From an uncultured Candidatus Saccharibacteria bacterium (GTDB lineage: Bacteria > Patescibacteriota > Saccharimonadia > Saccharimonadales > CAYLGV01), in contig CAYMZG010000001.1 of assembly GCA_964394925.1 (NCBI GenBank), forward strand, positions 67,656 to 131,655: 64,000 bases of DNA, read 5' to 3'. Every line of letters begins with the position of its first letter. The first letter of the stretch is position 1. A program made the translations under genes and the position numbers. Shown one piece after another: positions 1 through 10,057 of the stretch. The notes beneath the pieces were generated by a model. The model made no database searches, was not told where the DNA came from, and saw nothing but the letters and a program-made list of their open reading frames with translations.

Positions 1-880
1 CCAGCCGACGGTACCGTACAAGTTCGCGGGCTGAGCGCAGTGCAGCCATTGGGCGAAGGTCGGGCAATGTCACAATATAGAGTGCGAATAACGATGATGC
101 CACCATATAAAACGATAAAATACAAAGGATAATACAGAGTAGGATCCACAGTGTCTTCTCGATAGAGGTAACCGCCAGCCCACCGCCAAGTACTGCATTC
201 CCCAAAAAATTAGCAATCAGCAGCGGGATAAACTGCAGCTCAATAACAATAATAACCAGCACAAATGGCACGAGTGGATAGAGACCTTTATAGAAGGCAT
301 CTCGGACCGAGGGTACATGCTTTTTCTCGGTCGTAGTTTGGCGTAGCGCCCAGATCAGAACCAAGCTGACAATGAGTAGCACAATAGTCTGATACGTGCT
401 GGTAGCTGAACTATCACTGCTGCCGACATTGCTTAACAAGGTCCCGAATAAGGTTAATGAAGTTTTAATGTTAGCCGCACTACCGCTAAAAGCGCTTTGT
501 AATGTCCCCTTCAGCTCGCTAATATTATTGCCCGTGCCAAGACTCTTCACCAAAACAATGTTAAGCACGATATAAATTAAGGTGATGCCACCAAACAATC
601 GCCAATTCTTAATGAGTTGCTTAAACGTACTTTTGAGTAATTTAAAGGCGCTGGGCAATGGCTTGCTCTGATGCTTAATGCGCCGACTCATCTTGAATGA
701 CTGATAACGTGACGGTTTCAACTTTCGGACCTTGAGTTCTTGCGACTCTGATACCTTTGCCGTCTTAGCGCTGCCCTTGGCGGGTGTTTTTTGGACTTTG
801 CCCTTGGCGGTGAGCCGAGTACCATCAACAGGCTTAGATGACTTTTTAACCGGTTTTTTTGACTTCTTGTTAGCTGCCAT
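1..880 (-). CDS. Multi-pass membrane protein with Lys-rich N-terminus, partial (C-terminus beyond window edge)
   Basis: ATG at 880-878 (MAANKKSKKPVKKSSKP...). My translation stays open to position 1 and shows several hydrophobic helices. The start overlaps the htpX stop by 11 nt. It is absent from the ORF track because it has no stop in the window. Confidence 0.55.
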   Translation of the reverse strand, partial: MAANKKSKKPVKKSSKPVDGTRLTAKGKVQKTPAKGSAKTAKVSESQELKVRKLKPSRYQSFKMSRRIKHQSKPLPSAFKLLKSTFKQLIKNWRLFGGITLIYIVLNIVLVKSLGTGNNISELKGTLQSAFSGSAANIKTSLTLFGTLLSNVGSSDSSATSTYQTIVLLIVSLVLIWALRQTTTEKKHVPSVRDAFYKGLYPLVPFVLVIIVIELQFIPLLIANFLGNAVLGGGLAVTSIEKTLWILLCIILCILSFYMVASSLFALYIVTLPDLRPMAALRSARELVRYRRL

Positions 881-1748
881 TGTTTTCCATAGCCCGTAGG
901 CGTTTAATGCGATCTTCGATTGGAGGATGGGTGCTGAAGAGATTACTCACTTTTCCTTTTTTAAGTGGATTTGAAAAGAATAAATGGGCAGTTGAGGAGT
1001 TTTGTTTTTTCATAACGCTCCCAGACTTCTCAATCTTTTGCAGTGCACTTGCCAAACCTTCTGGATATCGCGTAGTTAGGGCACCGGTGGCATCGGCCAG
1101 GTATTCACGTTTGCGCGATATCGACAGTTGAATGAGCCAAGCAATCAATGGGGCAAGCAGCGCAGCCACAATACCGACAATGAAAAATATACTGTTATCA
1201 CTGTCGTTGTCGTTATCGCGAAACCACGTGGCACGTAGCATAATGTCGGCCAGCACACTCACCACGGCGACTAGCGCAAACACAATCATTGAAACCCGAA
1301 TGTCATAATTCTTTACATGGCCCATTTCATGCGCAAAGACACCCTCCAGTTCGGTATCACTCATCATATTGAGCAAACCTGTTGTAGCACAAACTGCTGA
1401 GTGTTTTGGGTCGCGACCAGTTGCAAAAGCGTTTGGTGCAGGATCATCAATAATATACACCTTGGGCATGGGGAGGCCATCAGTAATGGCCAGGTTTTCA
1501 ACTGTGCGCCAGAGGCGCGGATTGTCACTTTTTTGGATTTCGCGGGCTCCATTTATCGCCAATGCCATTTTGGAGCCACTCACGTAGCTAATAAAAGCGT
1601 AAACAAGTGCACCCGCCAAAACAAATGGCGTTAATGATGGCTGATGAAAGAACTCAGCAAACACCCAGCCAAGGCCACCAACGAGGAGCACAAAGATAAC
1701 CATCATAAAGACAGTTTTGCGCTTGTTAGCAGCAATTTCTTTGTACAT
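870..1748 (-). CDS. htpX: Zinc metalloprotease HtpX (peptidase M48)
   Basis: HEMGH zinc-binding motif (FAHEMGHVKNYD), N-terminal TM helices, and typical length and architecture. Confidence 0.9.
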   Translation of the reverse strand: MYKEIAANKRKTVFMMVIFVLLVGGLGWVFAEFFHQPSLTPFVLAGALVYAFISYVSGSKMALAINGAREIQKSDNPRLWRTVENLAITDGLPMPKVYIIDDPAPNAFATGRDPKHSAVCATTGLLNMMSDTELEGVFAHEMGHVKNYDIRVSMIVFALVAVVSVLADIMLRATWFRDNDNDSDNSIFFIVGIVAALLAPLIAWLIQLSISRKREYLADATGALTTRYPEGLASALQKIEKSGSVMKKQNSSTAHLFFSNPLKKGKVSNLFSTHPPIEDRIKRLRAMENNGS

Positions 1749-1776
1749 TAGTGACCCCAGGCTGGCTGGTGGGAGC

Positions 1777-2343
1777 CTAGAATTTTACTTCGGTTGGCTT
1801 TTGGATAGCTTCGGCTTCAGCAGCGTCAACTTCGTAGAAGTCTCGCTTTGTAAAGTGCAACATGCCAGCAATAATGCTGCTTGGGAAGGTCTGAATTTTG
1901 ATGTTCAGATCACGGGCTGAACCGTTGTAAAAGCGGCGAGCAGCTTGGATCTTGTCTTCGGTGTCGGTAAGCTCAGCTTGCAACTGTGCAAAGTTCTGGC
2001 TAGCCTTCAGGTCTGGGTTGCTTTCAGCTACGGCGAACACGCTCTTAAGAGCGCCTGTGATGGCGTTGTCGGCAGCAGCGGTGTCTTGGACCGATGAATT
2101 GCCGGTAATAACACTTGAGCGTTCCTTAGCAACGTTCTCGAGCGTCTCTGCTTCGTGCTTGGCATAGCCCTTTACGGTACTAACCAAGTTTGGAATCAGG
2201 TCAAGACGGCGCTTAAGCTGCACGTTAATATCGCTCCAGGCCTCGTCTGTGCGAACCTTAAGCTTCACTAAACCGTTATATATGCCGATACCCGCAAATA
2301 CGAGAACCAGCAGAATGATACCGATAACAATAAGTACTGTCAT
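1777..2343 (-). CDS. lemA: LemA family membrane protein
   Basis: Single N-terminal TM helix followed by a LemA-like sequence (YNGLVKLKVRTDEAWSDINVQLKRRLDLIPNLV). Classic lemA-htpX pairing. Confidence 0.9.
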   Translation of the reverse strand: MTVLIVIGIILLVLVFAGIGIYNGLVKLKVRTDEAWSDINVQLKRRLDLIPNLVSTVKGYAKHEAETLENVAKERSSVITGNSSVQDTAAADNAITGALKSVFAVAESNPDLKASQNFAQLQAELTDTEDKIQAARRFYNGSARDLNIKIQTFPSSIIAGMLHFTKRDFYEVDAAEAEAIQKPTEVKF

Positions 2344-2455
2344 GAAACGTTTACCCCTGTTTATTCACTAGTAACAAGTATAGCACCATTAAGGGGTGCA
2401 AAACAGTGGAAATTTATAGATAGACTGATCGTGTTCAGCAAGCTTGCGTGCTCTT

Positions 2456-2875
2456 CTACAAAATGACATGCGCAATTATATAGCGATAGATCGGCTGACA
2501 ATACAGTGCCAAAACAAAGCAGAAACTCCCTATAATCACCCCGCTGAGCACAAGCTGTTTGCTGTATTTCTTGACGCGCGGGAAAGCTAACAACCCCAGA
2601 CTAAATACAATAGCGATCAGAGATAATACTGCTGCAAATGCTGTCAGCCGATCAAGTTGCAACGAAATATTTTGATTAACCTCTCCAATGTTTGCTTCTG
2701 GAGCAACTCGGCCAGCGCTTAATAACATAAGGCTTTGAGCGGTAGCAATAAGTGTGGCCCATAGAATAATTGTGCCCGCGGCGGCAGCCAAGAGTGCTAT
2801 CTTTTGTGCTACCAGTACCAAATAATACAATCCTTGCTGATCAGCTTGTACGGTCGATGCCTTTTGTTTTGCCAT
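2456..2875 (-). CDS. Hypothetical membrane protein
   Basis: 139-aa ORF with 4 predicted hydrophobic segments. No recognisable motif. Confidence 0.5.
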   Translation of the reverse strand: MAKQKASTVQADQQGLYYLVLVAQKIALLAAAAGTIILWATLIATAQSLMLLSAGRVAPEANIGEVNQNISLQLDRLTAFAAVLSLIAIVFSLGLLAFPRVKKYSKQLVLSGVIIGSFCFVLALYCQPIYRYIIAHVIL

Positions 2876-3033
2876 GGTTTTTTCCTAGGTTATGTATATG
2901 CCGTCATCGTAGCACAGGTGTGTCTGAAAAGGTATATGCTTACACTAGACAAGCACCAGGAAAGCCTGAAGCAAGCTGCAAGCAATCTATTTAGTGTATT
3001 GACTACACTAACTATTTGGTTTATGCTGTTGAT

Positions 3034-3873
3034 ATGACAGAATTGAGACCCCCAGTTGAACGTGTGTTTATTGAAGCCGATGAACACAACGAGCGTAGTG
3101 AGCTGGTCACAGACCGGTTAGTTGCCTGTTTGGGCGAAGTAGCGATCGAGGTTGTGAGTGACCTAGCCGAAGCTGATGCATTTATTGTGCTGGGCGGAGA
3201 CGGCACGTTTCAGAAGAAGTTACACAAACATGCCCTGCCCGACGTCCCTGTTGCGGGCGTAAATATTGGCACAGTTGGCTTTTTAATGGATACGCTCGCG
3301 AGTCGTGAACACTTAAGTGCACATGTACAGAAGCTGGCTGATGGTGAGTTTAGAGTACAGTCGGTGCCAACCATTGAAATGGAAGTACCTGAAACTAGCT
3401 TAATAACCAATGCCATTAATGAAGTAGTTATTGAACGGGCAGCAGCACAGGCACTCAACGCCCATTACCGAGTTGGCAATGCCATGTTTACATCATATGT
3501 GGGCGACGGCTTAATCTTTGCAACGGCGCTTGGTTCGACGGGCTATGCAGCATCGGCTGGTGGCGTATACCTCGACCCCGACGTGCAAGGCTACGTAATG
3601 GTACATTCCAATGAATACCGTTCAAATCTGACCGACAGTCTGCAAAAACCTGCAGTTATTAGTGCGCGCACCAAAGTAGAAGTCCAAATGGACGGAGTGG
3701 ACAAGCGACCCTACCGCTTAACACGTGATGGTTTTGATCTCACAGATTGGCCAACCAATGGTTCGCCCGTATTGATAGGACTGTCAGAGGACAAATTCAT
3801 TCACATTATCCGCTTTGATGACTACGACTGGGGCACCCACCTTCGTGAAGTGCTGCACCCTAAGAGCGACTAA
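3034..3873 (+). CDS. nadK: NAD kinase
   Basis: GGDGT motif (FIVLGGDGTFQ), NE motif (AINEVVIER) and a Gly-rich C-terminal motif (LGSTGYAASAGG). The ATG at 3034 is preferred over the TTG at 3016. Confidence 0.85.
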   Translation: MTELRPPVERVFIEADEHNERSELVTDRLVACLGEVAIEVVSDLAEADAFIVLGGDGTFQKKLHKHALPDVPVAGVNIGTVGFLMDTLASREHLSAHVQKLADGEFRVQSVPTIEMEVPETSLITNAINEVVIERAAAQALNAHYRVGNAMFTSYVGDGLIFATALGSTGYAASAGGVYLDPDVQGYVMVHSNEYRSNLTDSLQKPAVISARTKVEVQMDGVDKRPYRLTRDGFDLTDWPTNGSPVLIGLSEDKFIHIIRFDDYDWGTHLREVLHPKSD

Positions 3874-3919
3874 CAGACATGCTCTGACATAAAAGCCTAG
3901 GCTCCCCAAACGAGGGGTT

Positions 3920-4207
3920 CTAGTACTTACTATCTGGACGTTGGTAAGCAGGATTTACGCAAGTTGTCTCATTGGCAACTACTAATCGTCCCCTATCGAA
4001 GCAAGCGCCACAACTCTCCACAGGACATTCGAAAGGCGTTTTCGAGGTTTGCCCAAAATCACGAACCTCTTGCCTTAAACAACCTTGAGTGGCTTCAATC
4101 GAGTCTTTTTGCACCTCAACATTGGTTGTTGTTACCGACTCCCAATACTTCAAACTATCAAGTTCTTCGTACGCTACCCCGAGCTGTTCGGTAGTTATGT
4201 TCTTCAT
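3920..4207 (-). CDS. Hypothetical protein (95 aa)
   Basis: ORF only. It contains several Cys residues but no recognisable family. Confidence 0.35.
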   Translation of the reverse strand: MKNITTEQLGVAYEELDSLKYWESVTTTNVEVQKDSIEATQGCLRQEVRDFGQTSKTPFECPVESCGACFDRGRLVVANETTCVNPAYQRPDSKY

Positions 4208-4240
4208 ATTTGGTTATTATAAACTTATATATGACTAAAG

Positions 4241-4696
4241 TCAAAATTCTATAGATTGCCACAGAATACGATCGATCGGTCCGTCTTTTGATTTTGCCGT
4301 AATGTTATTAAAGGATGCTTTCAGAATTTGCTCAAGCACAGTAACGTCTATGTCTTGGAGCGATTTAATATACACACAGTATCCCGTGGTTGTATGCTTG
4401 CCGAGGCCATCTATTAGTTTTGCGTATCGGGCCGTGCCGTCCATTATGTAAATCGTTATTTTACCTTTCCGCGGGTAGAAGGCCAGGGTGTGTGCCTCAC
4501 CTTTGCGACCACTGGTATATTCATATCGATACACGCCAAAACCGATAGTACCGTAACCATACAGAATCGGCTCTTCGCCACTGATCCGTGCCATGATTGC
4601 AATGAGAGTCTTGGTGTCTTGCGTAAGTGTTCCGTCTGGCAATGAAGCAACGTATTGGTCTACGGTAATGTCGCGTCGTTCGTCGGCTTTACTCAT
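4241..4696 (-). CDS. DUF1801 (YdhG-like) domain protein
   Basis: Sequence resembles the YdhG/DUF1801 fold (ITVDQYVASLP...LYGYGTIGFG...AFYPRKGKITIY). The start is set at the internal ATG 4696 (MSKADERRD) to avoid overlap with the divergent gene. Confidence 0.6.
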   Translation of the reverse strand: MSKADERRDITVDQYVASLPDGTLTQDTKTLIAIMARISGEEPILYGYGTIGFGVYRYEYTSGRKGEAHTLAFYPRKGKITIYIMDGTARYAKLIDGLGKHTTTGYCVYIKSLQDIDVTVLEQILKASFNNITAKSKDGPIDRILWQSIEF

Positions 4697-4784
4697 GTCT
4701 TTATAGTAACAAATGGACCAATCCTGAACACAAAGGTTTGCAACAGTATGGGTGTTATACTTTTCAATAGGATTATCAGATATC

Positions 4785-5540
4785 ATGGGAAAGATAGTAG
4801 CTATTGGTGGCGGTGAAATGGGACGGCCAAAGGAAGATGGTAGTGGCTTTTATCCCGTAGAGACAACAGCCATTGATCAAGAAATCATTACGTTAACAAA
4901 TAAGAAGCACCCAGCATTGCTCTTTTTGCCGACGGCAAGTGGTGATTCTGCCGGCTATGCCGAAGTAGTTCAGAAACACTTTACAAACCTCGGGTGCACT
5001 ACTGTAGATGTGCTGAATCTATCCGATAAGGCCCTGGCACATGAGCAGATACGAAAGATAATCCTATCACACGACGCTATTTATGTTGGTGGCGGTAACA
5101 CGCTTCGTATGATGACAATCTGGAGGAGACTCGGCGTCGATAAAATGCTTAAGGAAGCCTATGAAAAAGGAATCGTTTTATCTGGTATCAGTGCAGGCTC
5201 AATCTGCTGGTTCACGTCTGGCAGTTCAGATTCTCGTAAGCTTAAAAGCAACAATTTTGTAAACGTTAAGGGCCTGGGATTAATAGATGCGCTCAACTGC
5301 CCACACTACGACAGCGAACCTACCAGACAAACCGATTTAAGAAGAATGACAAGAACTACTCGAAAAACGGCAATCGCCCTCGACAACTGTGCTGCGCTTG
5401 AGGTGGTTGATAACTCATACAAAATCATAACTAGTAAACCAACTGCAAAAGCCAGAAAAGTCTGCTGGAATCACGACCAGTATGTCGTCGAAGAGATTGC
5501 TGTGAGCGAGGGGTATCAACCATTAGATGATATCCTTTGA
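4785..5540 (+). CDS. Peptidase S51 (dipeptidase E-like) family protein
   Basis: MGKIVAIGGGE N-terminus, GGGNTLRMM, and the nucleophile-elbow-like motif SGISAGSICWF. Confidence 0.7.
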   Translation: MGKIVAIGGGEMGRPKEDGSGFYPVETTAIDQEIITLTNKKHPALLFLPTASGDSAGYAEVVQKHFTNLGCTTVDVLNLSDKALAHEQIRKIILSHDAIYVGGGNTLRMMTIWRRLGVDKMLKEAYEKGIVLSGISAGSICWFTSGSSDSRKLKSNNFVNVKGLGLIDALNCPHYDSEPTRQTDLRRMTRTTRKTAIALDNCAALEVVDNSYKIITSKPTAKARKVCWNHDQYVVEEIAVSEGYQPLDDIL

Positions 5541-5646
5541 AATGCTCTTGCACTGGTTGGAATATCAAAGAACCATTTACGTTAACAAACTTGGTACTTC
5601 TGCTCTCCATAATCACATACCTTGCCGAGCGTTGTATAATTAAGGT

Positions 5647-6216
5647 ATGAAAATAAAACAGCAAAGTCTTTGGTGGATAATCGCCGGCAGTTCGGCAGTT
5701 GGCCTCATATCATCCCTAATACAGACCATTGAACGCATCAATAATGCACTGCATCCTAACGTTGGTCTTACCTGCGATATAAATGCCGTTTTTAGCTGCT
5801 CGAACGTTTTTAATGCGTGGCAGTCACGCGTTTTCGGCTTTTCAAACTCGCTCATTTGTATGATGTTTTTTGCTACCACGCTTGGCGTCGCCTTGGCGGC
5901 AGCCACCGGAAGCATTTTGCACTCCCGCTTGCGATACGTTTTTCATTTTTTCTCGGTGTTCTTTCTTGGTTTTGGGGCCTGGTACCTGTGGCAAAGCACG
6001 TACCGCATTGGATACATCTGTATGTTTTGTCTGTTTTGCTACAGCGCCGTTATTCTAATGAACTGGGCTTGGTTTAGGCTCCATTACGCTGCTTTACCTC
6101 TTAAAAAGGTATCGGCAGTTAAGCTCAATGCATTTGTTACTAGTGGGGGTGACATATTTGTCGCCATACTTTGGGCACTCGCTTTCGCGGCAATGATCAT
6201 CTTTCGTTTTTGGTAG
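5647..6216 (+). CDS. Vitamin K epoxide reductase (VKOR) family protein
   Basis: 4-5 TM helices, a loop cysteine pair (LTCDINAVFSCSNV) and a membrane CxxC (CMFCLFC). Confidence 0.7.
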   Translation: MKIKQQSLWWIIAGSSAVGLISSLIQTIERINNALHPNVGLTCDINAVFSCSNVFNAWQSRVFGFSNSLICMMFFATTLGVALAAATGSILHSRLRYVFHFFSVFFLGFGAWYLWQSTYRIGYICMFCLFCYSAVILMNWAWFRLHYAALPLKKVSAVKLNAFVTSGGDIFVAILWALAFAAMIIFRFW

Positions 6217-6282
6217 TGTCGACTTTTTCGTTCGTGATTTAGCGTATATCGCAACGATTAAACTTGTAGTATAATATTATTT

Positions 6283-7122
6283 ATGAATAGTCAATTTGAG
6301 GCGCCTACTAGCCATGATGAGTCCGTGGTTGAGCAAACGAGCATTGTTGATTCTTATTGGGTCCGTATGTATCCAAAAATCAACGGTGCCGCTAGTGTAG
6401 TTGAAGCTGCCTCGGGTTTGCTGACCGGTAATATAAGTGTTGCGGTTGATGGTATGCATGGTACGGCCGAAATTGTTATTGCTAATTCCCAGATTACACA
6501 CGCCCATGAGCATGATCATATTAACGATAAAAAGCGCAAGCGAATCTATACTGCCCTATCGGGGTTAGCGCTTGGTGCAGCGGGCTTAGCTTTAGCAGAG
6601 GCAACCGGCGTAGCCGATTGGCAATCAGACAACCAAGTGATGGAGACGGTCAGTTGGCTTTCATCGGGTGTTGCAGCAACATCAGCATGGGCCGCCGGTA
6701 CTGCCCTCGTAAAGCGCATACGTTCAAAATACCACCGTTATTTTCACGCCCCCCTTACCGAAACTGAGCATGACGTAACGAGGCATGTATTGCTTCTGGA
6801 TGTAACTGCATCAACCCTGGCATTTACTAGTGCGAGTGCCCGTATTGCAACGCAGATCCTTCAAAGCAAGGGTTACTCGGGCCTCGATACCGAAATGCTC
6901 GAGCATAGCATTGGAGTTGCGAGTGGCCTGTACGGAGCGTACTTATTTAGACCAACGAAATCCAACCTCCAGCACCACAGCCACACCGAAAGCCAGGAAA
7001 CCTTACCTCCCGCTGTTGAAGAAATGGAGCAAATACAGCCACGACAGCGTGTTTTGGCTCGCATGTTTGGCAGAAAAGCTCTCAAAGAAAACATCGATAC
7101 AATGACAGACACAGAAAACTAA
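6283..7122 (+). CDS. Hypothetical membrane protein, His-rich loop
   Basis: 279-aa ORF with HAHEHDH and hydrophobic segments. No confident family assignment. Confidence 0.45.
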   Translation: MNSQFEAPTSHDESVVEQTSIVDSYWVRMYPKINGAASVVEAASGLLTGNISVAVDGMHGTAEIVIANSQITHAHEHDHINDKKRKRIYTALSGLALGAAGLALAEATGVADWQSDNQVMETVSWLSSGVAATSAWAAGTALVKRIRSKYHRYFHAPLTETEHDVTRHVLLLDVTASTLAFTSASARIATQILQSKGYSGLDTEMLEHSIGVASGLYGAYLFRPTKSNLQHHSHTESQETLPPAVEEMEQIQPRQRVLARMFGRKALKENIDTMTDTEN

Positions 7123-7243
7123 GAGGTAACTCGACTACTATGCATCCTACGTTAGATACGTTTTGATGTCTTGAGATAGATTACCTTAGAGGAAATACTT
7201 TGCATTATATACCTTTATATGTTGTGTTAAAATTAAAGTATCT

Positions 7244-8026
7244 ATGGCAGAACCAACTGATGCAAGAAATCAACTAGACACTTTCGTAGTGCCCTTCGAA
7301 GAACAAACTTTAAGCTACGAAGCTGCCGTTCAGGCAGGAGTTATCTTCAGAGAGGGCATGGAAAACCTGTTCCTTCAAAATATGGAGGTCAGCATTCAGG
7401 CTGATCACAAAGATGGTGGTCCGCTGCATGCTGATGTCCGTCTACTCATTGAGGGTAGGGACTCATCAAAACTCCGAATTATAGTAAGAAAAAATAACCC
7501 CGAACACACAGATGATGAGGTAGTAGGCAGGCCACTTTATAGGATTCATATAACTGAAGAAAGACCAGATCGTTCAGACGGCACAATAATTTTTTATAGC
7601 TTCCACGAAAGCAGCAGTCTGGTAACTAGAAGGGATGTTTCTGAAGATTGGGAACAAGAATTGAAGCTGCGAAGACAACTCGAACCAATGCCTGATTTTA
7701 CAGGAATGAGCCGAGCAGAAACTGCTGCTTATTTTGACAAGGCTGCTGCTCGCTCACAGGAGAGAGTCGCAAATCTAAATTTAGAAGTTGAAATGGGTAT
7801 TAATGACCAGCCAGTTGGAGTAGAAGAGGTTGAGGCGTTGCTTGAATTACTACAGAGTGCTATACCACTATCTGAAGCCGACTGGGAACTTATGCAAATA
7901 ACGAAATATGACGGTTTTGATGGAGAAAATTGGGATAGTTCTCAAGAAACTGATGATAATGCAAATCGAGTTAGCAGAATTCGAAAAGCTGCTAGCACCC
8001 TTTTGAATCTTATTCGAAAAAGATAA
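7244..8026 (+). CDS. Hypothetical acidic protein
   Basis: 260-aa ORF convergent with the RT gene. No recognisable motif. Confidence 0.45.
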   Translation: MAEPTDARNQLDTFVVPFEEQTLSYEAAVQAGVIFREGMENLFLQNMEVSIQADHKDGGPLHADVRLLIEGRDSSKLRIIVRKNNPEHTDDEVVGRPLYRIHITEERPDRSDGTIIFYSFHESSSLVTRRDVSEDWEQELKLRRQLEPMPDFTGMSRAETAAYFDKAAARSQERVANLNLEVEMGINDQPVGVEEVEALLELLQSAIPLSEADWELMQITKYDGFDGENWDSSQETDDNANRVSRIRKAASTLLNLIRKR

Positions 8027-8195
8027 CCGTTTGACACTATTTGAGAGACGAAACAAGCCCATTCAGGCTCTAATTCAGTAATTCAAACATTTGGTGCGCA
8101 TTTACAGAATTTGCTCAAACTCTTCAATTCGCTCATGGATGATAACATATTCCGAGCTCTTACAATACCCGAACCACGGGAGATGTTAGGAAAAG

Positions 8196-9536
8196 TTATT
8201 TATTAGCTTCGGGTTTGGTAAAAAGCTCCTTTAGGTGCTTCTTATCCTCGTTCGTATTTATATTGTCTTTAACACTTTGGAGCTTGGTCTCGAACTTACT
8301 GAGACCTAGTGCCTTCAACTTCTTCTGGAATGTTCGGTCAGGATGCTTAAAGCTCAGCCCAAAGCTATCTACCAATTCTTCAATGGCTCTTGTATACACA
8401 AGGTTGATATTGAAGTAACTCGACTTAACTACCTTATCAGCTGATGTAAACCAGTATGTATTTGCCCAGGAATTACATATGCGCTCCAATGTTTCCAGTT
8501 TGTAGCCCAAAGACTTATTCATGTACTTTTTGTTCTTTAATATGGTCCTAATCTTGGTTGATGTTTTCTTGAACGCCCCGGCTGACGGATAAAGCCTACT
8601 CGCCTTAAAATGAATACCCAAGAATTCAAAATCATCAGTATTACAGACATATGATTTGCTCTTGTGTTTCTTGGCTTTCAGAATAGTCCGGGCTTGCAGC
8701 GGGTACAATTCCAGTTGCAGCTTTGCCACTTCCTCTCTCGCTATTTTGTCAGCCTCAAGAGCATCCTCAAGACTTTTAGTTAGTACCACAAAGTCATCTG
8801 CATACCGTATGAGCTTGAAACCTTTGTCCAATAGCACACGGTCAAAATCTTTTAAGTAGATGTTGGAGAACAACGGCGACAATATACCACCCTGGGGAAT
8901 ACCATACTCTAGGTCGGGGAATAGCTCTGATATTTCCTTTGAACCATGCTTTTTGCGCAAGGCTTGAATGTTACCTATTTCCTGGGCGAGACTAGCGCTT
9001 ATTAAATCATTGAGTGTTGTGTCCTTGGATAGCGCCGGAAAGACCATCTGGTCCAAAAGTATGTCACGCTTAACCTCGCCAAAGTAGTTCTTAATATCTC
9101 CCTTGTAGCAGACCGTATAGCCCTCACTAATGAGCCGATTTATTTCGCTTATCGCTTTTAGTAACCCTCGGTCCTTAATGTATGCATAGCTTGCATCGTT
9201 ATGGACATTGAAAGCCTTCTCTAGCACTTCGTGTATTTCAATCTCAATAGCTTTCTGTACCACCCGGTCGGCTACGGTTGCAACACGGATAGGTCGCTTT
9301 TTGCCCGTAAACCCTTTTGGTATTGCCACGCCTCTAATCTTAGAAAACTTATAACCACCCTTAGACAAGAGCTTGTCTCGGATATTATCCAAGTTAGCGT
9401 CAAGGTCAGCCTTGAAGGCTTGGATGGTCGTATTGTCTATGCCGTAAGAAAGCTTATTGCGGCGTAAAGACCTCCAGGCATTATTCAGCTGGTCTTTCTC
9501 TGCTATTCGTTGTAGTCGTGTAGTTGCATTGGGCAT
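8196..9536 (-). CDS. Stand-alone reverse transcriptase, group-II-intron-like/UG-type (447 aa)
   Basis: RT motifs: IPKGFTGKKRPIRVATVADRVVQKAI, SYAYIKDRG, GDIKNYFGEV, GIPQGGILSPLFSNIYL, RYADDFVVL, FEFLGIHF, and a thumb/X-like ICNSWANTYWF. The N-terminus MPNATTRLQRIAEKDQLNNAWRSLRRNK aligns with typical RT0 regions, so the ATG at 9536 is preferred. An alternative upstream ATG lies at 9812. Confidence 0.85.
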   Translation of the reverse strand: MPNATTRLQRIAEKDQLNNAWRSLRRNKLSYGIDNTTIQAFKADLDANLDNIRDKLLSKGGYKFSKIRGVAIPKGFTGKKRPIRVATVADRVVQKAIEIEIHEVLEKAFNVHNDASYAYIKDRGLLKAISEINRLISEGYTVCYKGDIKNYFGEVKRDILLDQMVFPALSKDTTLNDLISASLAQEIGNIQALRKKHGSKEISELFPDLEYGIPQGGILSPLFSNIYLKDFDRVLLDKGFKLIRYADDFVVLTKSLEDALEADKIAREEVAKLQLELYPLQARTILKAKKHKSKSYVCNTDDFEFLGIHFKASRLYPSAGAFKKTSTKIRTILKNKKYMNKSLGYKLETLERICNSWANTYWFTSADKVVKSSYFNINLVYTRAIEELVDSFGLSFKHPDRTFQKKLKALGLSKFETKLQSVKDNINTNEDKKHLKELFTKPEANK

Positions 9537-9597
9537 ATTATTTAACACCCTAATGCGCTTTGAGCTGTTAGACAGGGCGGTTACATATAGGTCTCCT

Positions 9598-9744
9598 CCA
9601 ACAGTAGTTTCGCTCCTGGTCATCATATGTCCAACAAAGGACATACTTGGCAGACCAGCCAACGCCACTATGATGGCGAGATACCACCTGCTCAGCAGAT
9701 GCAACAGCGAACTGTTACTCCTACCGTTTTGTTCCGCAGGGCAG
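9598..9744. repeat. 147-bp direct repeat, RT-proximal copy
   Basis: Identical by eye to 9904-10050; offset is exactly 306 bp. Confidence 0.9.
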
Positions 9745-9903
9745 TGGTCGATTTTCACATCTGACCCCTGGGTAGAACACAAATTGCTGCTCGGTTGTTG
9801 TGCGATTTGCATCGAAACCCCCGTCTCCTTCACGCTATTAGTTTTGTAAGTGGTCGTCTCAAAGCTTTGGGTGTCACCGCCAGCGACCTTAATGCGTGTT
9901 ACA

Positions 9904-10050
9904 CCAACAGTAGTTTCGCTCCTGGTCATCATATGTCCAACAAAGGACATACTTGGCAGACCAGCCAACGCCACTATGATGGCGAGATACCACCTGCTCA
10001 GCAGATGCAACAGCGAACTGTTACTCCTACCGTTTTGTTCCGCAGGGCAG
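9904..10050. repeat. 147-bp direct repeat, promoter-proximal copy
   Basis: Identical by eye to 9598-9744. It begins about 7 nt downstream of the predicted -10 box. Confidence 0.9.
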
Positions 10051-10057
10051 CCCTTAC

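Larger units (their letters stand above)
9537..10051 (-). ncRNA. Candidate RT-associated leader/template RNA
   Basis: An extended -10 promoter sits immediately upstream. The region holds two perfect 147-nt repeats and predicted local hairpins (ATGTCC-TTTGTT-GGACAT). The ends of each repeat unit can pair (ACAG..TTCGCT with AGCGAACTGT). The region lies directly 5' of the RT on the same strand. Confidence 0.4.

Noticed and set aside
8090-8098. TTTGGTGCG just downstream of the RT gene as the left att junction of a larger island (shares 9 nt with S3)
   Set aside because: A 9-mer match is expected by chance roughly once in two windows of this size on both strands, and there is no extended arm similarity. 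It is noted only as something to test with read data.
8196-10010. The 604-aa ORF in the track read as the full-length RT with a duplicated N-terminal TM region
   Set aside because: It starts at a TTG inside the upstream repeat. Its first 158 residues are simply the translation of the two identical 147-bp repeats and the spacer. RT homology (RT0-like LNNAWRSLRRNK...) begins right after the ATG at 9536. It is kept as an alternative hypothesis in the findings, not as the gene model.
9598-10050. Diversity-generating retroelement (TR/VR pair)
   Set aside because: The two copies are identical, with no adenine-specific differences. The upstream copy is not at the 3' end of any target ORF because it follows a promoter. 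The RT has QGxxxSP/YADD group-II-like motifs rather than the DGR-type motif 4 I would expect. No avd-like gene is present.
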